A DNA stretch of 32,000 nt from Acaryochloris marina S15 (GTDB lineage: Bacteria > Cyanobacteriota > Cyanobacteriia > Thermosynechococcales > Thermosynechococcaceae), in NCBI RefSeq assembly GCF_018336915.1, contig NZ_CP064923.1, positions 3,000,001 to 3,032,000 on the forward strand. The letters are read 5' to 3'. A model generated the notes under the pieces. The model did not search any database, had not been told where the DNA came from, and saw only the letters and a list, made by a program, of their open reading frames with translations. A program made the position numbers and the translations under genes. This document shows, in pieces, positions 29,570 to 32,000 of the stretch. The number at the start of each line of letters is the position of its first letter. Positions within the stretch are counted from its first letter, which is position 1.

Positions 29570-29623
29570 CCCAGGCAAAAGCCCCTCTCATTCAGGGTTT
29601 TGCCTGGGTTTTAGTATTATTTT
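29570..29623 (+). terminator. Rho-independent terminator
   Basis: CCCAGGCAAAA (29570-29580) pairs perfectly with TTTTGCCTGGG (29598-29608), with an inner CCCT/AGGG pairing. It is followed by TTTTAGTATTATTTT. Confidence 0.85.
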
Positions 29624-29687
29624 GTCTCCCTCACCATATTTGGATTAGCAGCCATATGCTTGTCCTTCGTTAGCACCAGACAAATTT

Positions 29688-29723
29688 CTTTAGTTTGCTT
29701 GGAACAATCAATGCAAACTAAAG
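29688..29723 (+). promoter_or_regulatory. Perfect 11-bp stem-loop in the corA leader
   Basis: CTTTAGTTTGC (29688-29698) and GCAAACTAAAG (29713-29723) flank a 14-nt loop. The stem ends 16-25 nt upstream of the candidate corA start codons. Confidence 0.5.
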
Positions 29724-29748
29724 ATGCATAAGCATTCTGGTGTCAGAC

Positions 29749-30870
29749 ATGACCAATCCCCTATCGGACCCTTTGCAACAAGGGTACGTCGATTATTTTT
29801 ATGACCAAGCGGGTAGCTCCCCTGGAACCCTGACCATTGACGAGGATGCTTCACCGACCCGCATCGTCGTCATAGATTACAACACCAATCAAGCTCGCCG
29901 GATCATCGTTGATCAGCCTGAAGAAAGTGCGGATTATCTGACAACGGAGACCGTGTCTTGGATTGATGTTCAGGGGCTAGGGGATGAAGACATTCTGCGC
30001 CGATTAGGACAAACTTTCAATCTGCATCCATTGGTTTTAGAGGATGTGGTGAACGTACCTCAGCGCCAAAAAGTTGAAGATTTTGAAGATCAGCTCTTGA
30101 TCATTGCCCGTATGGTTCTTCCTCACCCAGATGGCGTCGGGTTTGTGAGTGAGCAAGTCAGCTTCATCTTGCACCAACAAGCATTGCTGACCATTCAAGA
30201 AGAGCCCTACCACGATGCTTTTGAGCCAGTCCGCAAGCGGATTCGATTGAAGAAGGGATTAATGCGAAAAATGGGAGCTGACTTTCTGACCTATGCCCTA
30301 TTAGACGCCATTATTGATGGTTTCTTTCCGGTGTTAGAACTCTACGGAGAACGCTTAGAAACCTTAGAAGATGAAATACTAGAAAATCCCACCCGAGAGA
30401 TCCTGAACCAAGTTCACTCCCTTAAACGCGAGCTGATGACGCTGCGACGGCTGAGTTGGTCCCAACGGGATGCGTTATCTGCCCTTTTGCGGGAAGATAG
30501 CCCCCTGATCAGCCAAGAGGTGAAAGTGTATCTACGGGACTGTTACGACCATTCCATCCAGATCTTAGACATGGTTGAAACCTATCGAGATTTTGCTGCC
30601 AGTCTAATGGATGTTTATTTATCCTCTGTTAGCAATAAAATGAACGAAGTGATGAAAGTCCTAACGGTCATCTCAACTATTTTTATTCCCTTGACCTTTA
30701 TCTCGGGGTTATATGGCATGAACTTTAACCCTCAAGTCTCCCCTTTTAACATGCCGGAGTTGAGCTGGTACTGGGGGTATCCTGCGGTAATAGCTACCAT
30801 GTTGTTAATTTCGGGCAGTCTGAGCTATTTATTCTGGCGTCGAGGGTGGTTCAACAAAGTATCACCTTGA
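29749..30870 (+). CDS. corA: Magnesium/cobalt transporter CorA
   Basis: Two C-terminal TM helices carry the 'YGMNF' GMN motif, after a cytoplasmic alpha/beta domain of typical length. The start is either ATG 29749 or GTG 29740. Confidence 0.9.
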   Translation: MTNPLSDPLQQGYVDYFYDQAGSSPGTLTIDEDASPTRIVVIDYNTNQARRIIVDQPEESADYLTTETVSWIDVQGLGDEDILRRLGQTFNLHPLVLEDVVNVPQRQKVEDFEDQLLIIARMVLPHPDGVGFVSEQVSFILHQQALLTIQEEPYHDAFEPVRKRIRLKKGLMRKMGADFLTYALLDAIIDGFFPVLELYGERLETLEDEILENPTREILNQVHSLKRELMTLRRLSWSQRDALSALLREDSPLISQEVKVYLRDCYDHSIQILDMVETYRDFAASLMDVYLSSVSNKMNEVMKVLTVISTIFIPLTFISGLYGMNFNPQVSPFNMPELSWYWGYPAVIATMLLISGSLSYLFWRRGWFNKVSP

Positions 30871-30972
30871 GTGCTTCACAATATTTCAGAATGCTAAAAC
30901 TGATGCTAAATTGCAACTTTTATTGATGGCGAGGCTACATCTTAAGATAGAAGCGATATTTACTAAATTCAG

Positions 30973-31818
30973 ATGCCTATCTTAGTTGTTCTCGCGTTAC
31001 TCATCGCCCTGATTGCCATCCTATTTGCGTTGCAAAACGCTTATTCGATTCCTGTGAGTTTTCTGATTTGGCAATTTTACGGCTCTTTAGCTCTAATTCT
31101 CTTACTAACGCTGGCATTAGGGGTTATCGTTGGCTTATTGGTCACTGCTCCCACTATTATTAAACGGGGATGGGTTTCTTCTCGCCAAAAGCGACAACTG
31201 AGTCAGCTGGAAGAAGACTACCAGGGGCAAGCTCAAGATGCATCTAGCCAGAAGAAGAAGCTTGATTTGATGCATTCGGCACAGATGCAGTTATTTTCGG
31301 CCCTCGGATTAACGGAACCTAAAACAGGGTTATTAGAATATCAGCTACTGGATCAAGTTCTCACTCATGCCTTGAGTAACTTGGGGGATAATCCTGATTC
31401 GGCTTGGCATCGCTCTATCTGTTTATTCGTGATGGATATTGAAGATGCCCCTAGTTCTGATGACGTCAATTCAAGAGCCGTTTGGCCTATCATTACCGAT
31501 CGAATACAGCGTCAGCTTTCTCCTCGTAGCTGGCTACATTTTGATGGCAACCATCGTTTATATTGCATCACTCTGGGAATGGCCATTGAAGCAGCAGCCG
31601 ACTATGGTGAGTTTCTATCCACAACTTTAGATGAACCCTTACAGCTAGTGGATGCTTCAGAAGTCTCTGTGAGTTTAAAGATTGGAGGTGCGATCGCACG
31701 CAATAACACCACCGTTACCAGTCAACAACTCATTTCCCAAGCCGAGCAAATGCTAGAGAAATCAAGCCTTTGGGGACGGAGTCGCTTTCGGATGGTGGAG
31801 GCAGGTGTCTCCTCTTAA
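30973..31818 (+). CDS. LapA-like (DUF1049) membrane domain fused to a degenerate GGDEF-like domain
   Basis: The N-terminus 'LVVLALLIALIAILFALQNAYSIPVSFLIWQF..SLALILLL' matches the LapA_dom pattern. A coiled-coil linker follows. The C-terminal part is collinear with GGDEF ('TGLLEYQLL', 'ICLFVMDIED', 'VSLKIGGAIA', 'AEQMLEKSSLWGRSRF'), but the signature is replaced by 'DGNHR' (31543-31557). Confidence 0.65.
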   Translation: MPILVVLALLIALIAILFALQNAYSIPVSFLIWQFYGSLALILLLTLALGVIVGLLVTAPTIIKRGWVSSRQKRQLSQLEEDYQGQAQDASSQKKKLDLMHSAQMQLFSALGLTEPKTGLLEYQLLDQVLTHALSNLGDNPDSAWHRSICLFVMDIEDAPSSDDVNSRAVWPIITDRIQRQLSPRSWLHFDGNHRLYCITLGMAIEAAADYGEFLSTTLDEPLQLVDASEVSVSLKIGGAIARNNTTVTSQQLISQAEQMLEKSSLWGRSRFRMVEAGVSS

Positions 31819-32000
31819 GTCGATTGCTTCCTAGGAAGCTATAAATTTACAACTTCTTACCTACTGCCGGAATACCGTCGTCAACCCCCTCAACCGCCAA
31901 TGGCAAGAAATGTTTCAGATGCGGGGGACTCCTGTTTTATTTCTTAGAATAGGGATATAAATCTTTCCCCCAACATTTTCTACGTTATAAGGTTCTTAGG

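Noticed and set aside
1-32000. Search for CRISPR arrays, IS elements or transposases, integrases, rRNA and tRNA genes.
   Set aside because: I found no regularly spaced direct repeats, no transposase or integrase-like ORFs, no terminal inverted repeats flanking any block, and no cloverleaf-capable sequences.

Overview
This window looks like a cyanobacterial chromosomal segment. It holds 13 perfect copies of the HIP1 octamer GCGATCGC. By eye, genes are about 45-48% GC and several intergenic stretches are AT-rich. I can support about 24 protein genes. I found no rRNA, tRNA, CRISPR array, transposase or integrase. Most of the content is conserved or housekeeping: tsaE (5' partial), a DUF2062 protein, an At5g02240-type SDR, typA/bipA, and a ~1,570-aa multi-PAS/GAF hybrid histidine kinase followed by a REC-GGDEF diguanylate cyclase. 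The rest of that set is yjbQ, a FutA/IdiA-type Fe(III)-binding lipoprotein, an MscS-family channel, a 1,735-aa TamB/TIC236-like protein, corA, and a LapA-like membrane protein with a degenerate GGDEF domain. The best candidate for something undescribed is a tightly coupled minus-strand pair at 4968-7412. It consists of a stand-alone ~16-repeat LRR protein (a Roco-type LRR module without Roc-COR) whose stop codon lies 3 nt from the ATG of a DUF790/Bax1-type endonuclease. The XPB-like helicase that normally partners DUF790 is absent from the window. An orphan Cas4-like 4-Cys PD-(D/E)XK nuclease lies 1.4 kb away. Secondary observations are: a secreted-protein ORF broken by one in-frame TAA; an untracked 49-codon membrane ORF with a strong SD; a small secreted protein resembling only the C-terminal tail of cyanobacterial TpsA/hemagglutinin-like giants, next to 800 bp of AT-rich non-coding DNA; a perfect 11-bp hairpin in the corA leader; repeat and palindrome elements upstream of the SDR gene; and a low-GC secreted-protein gene. 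All family calls rest on motif recognition by eye. No database or HMM search was possible.
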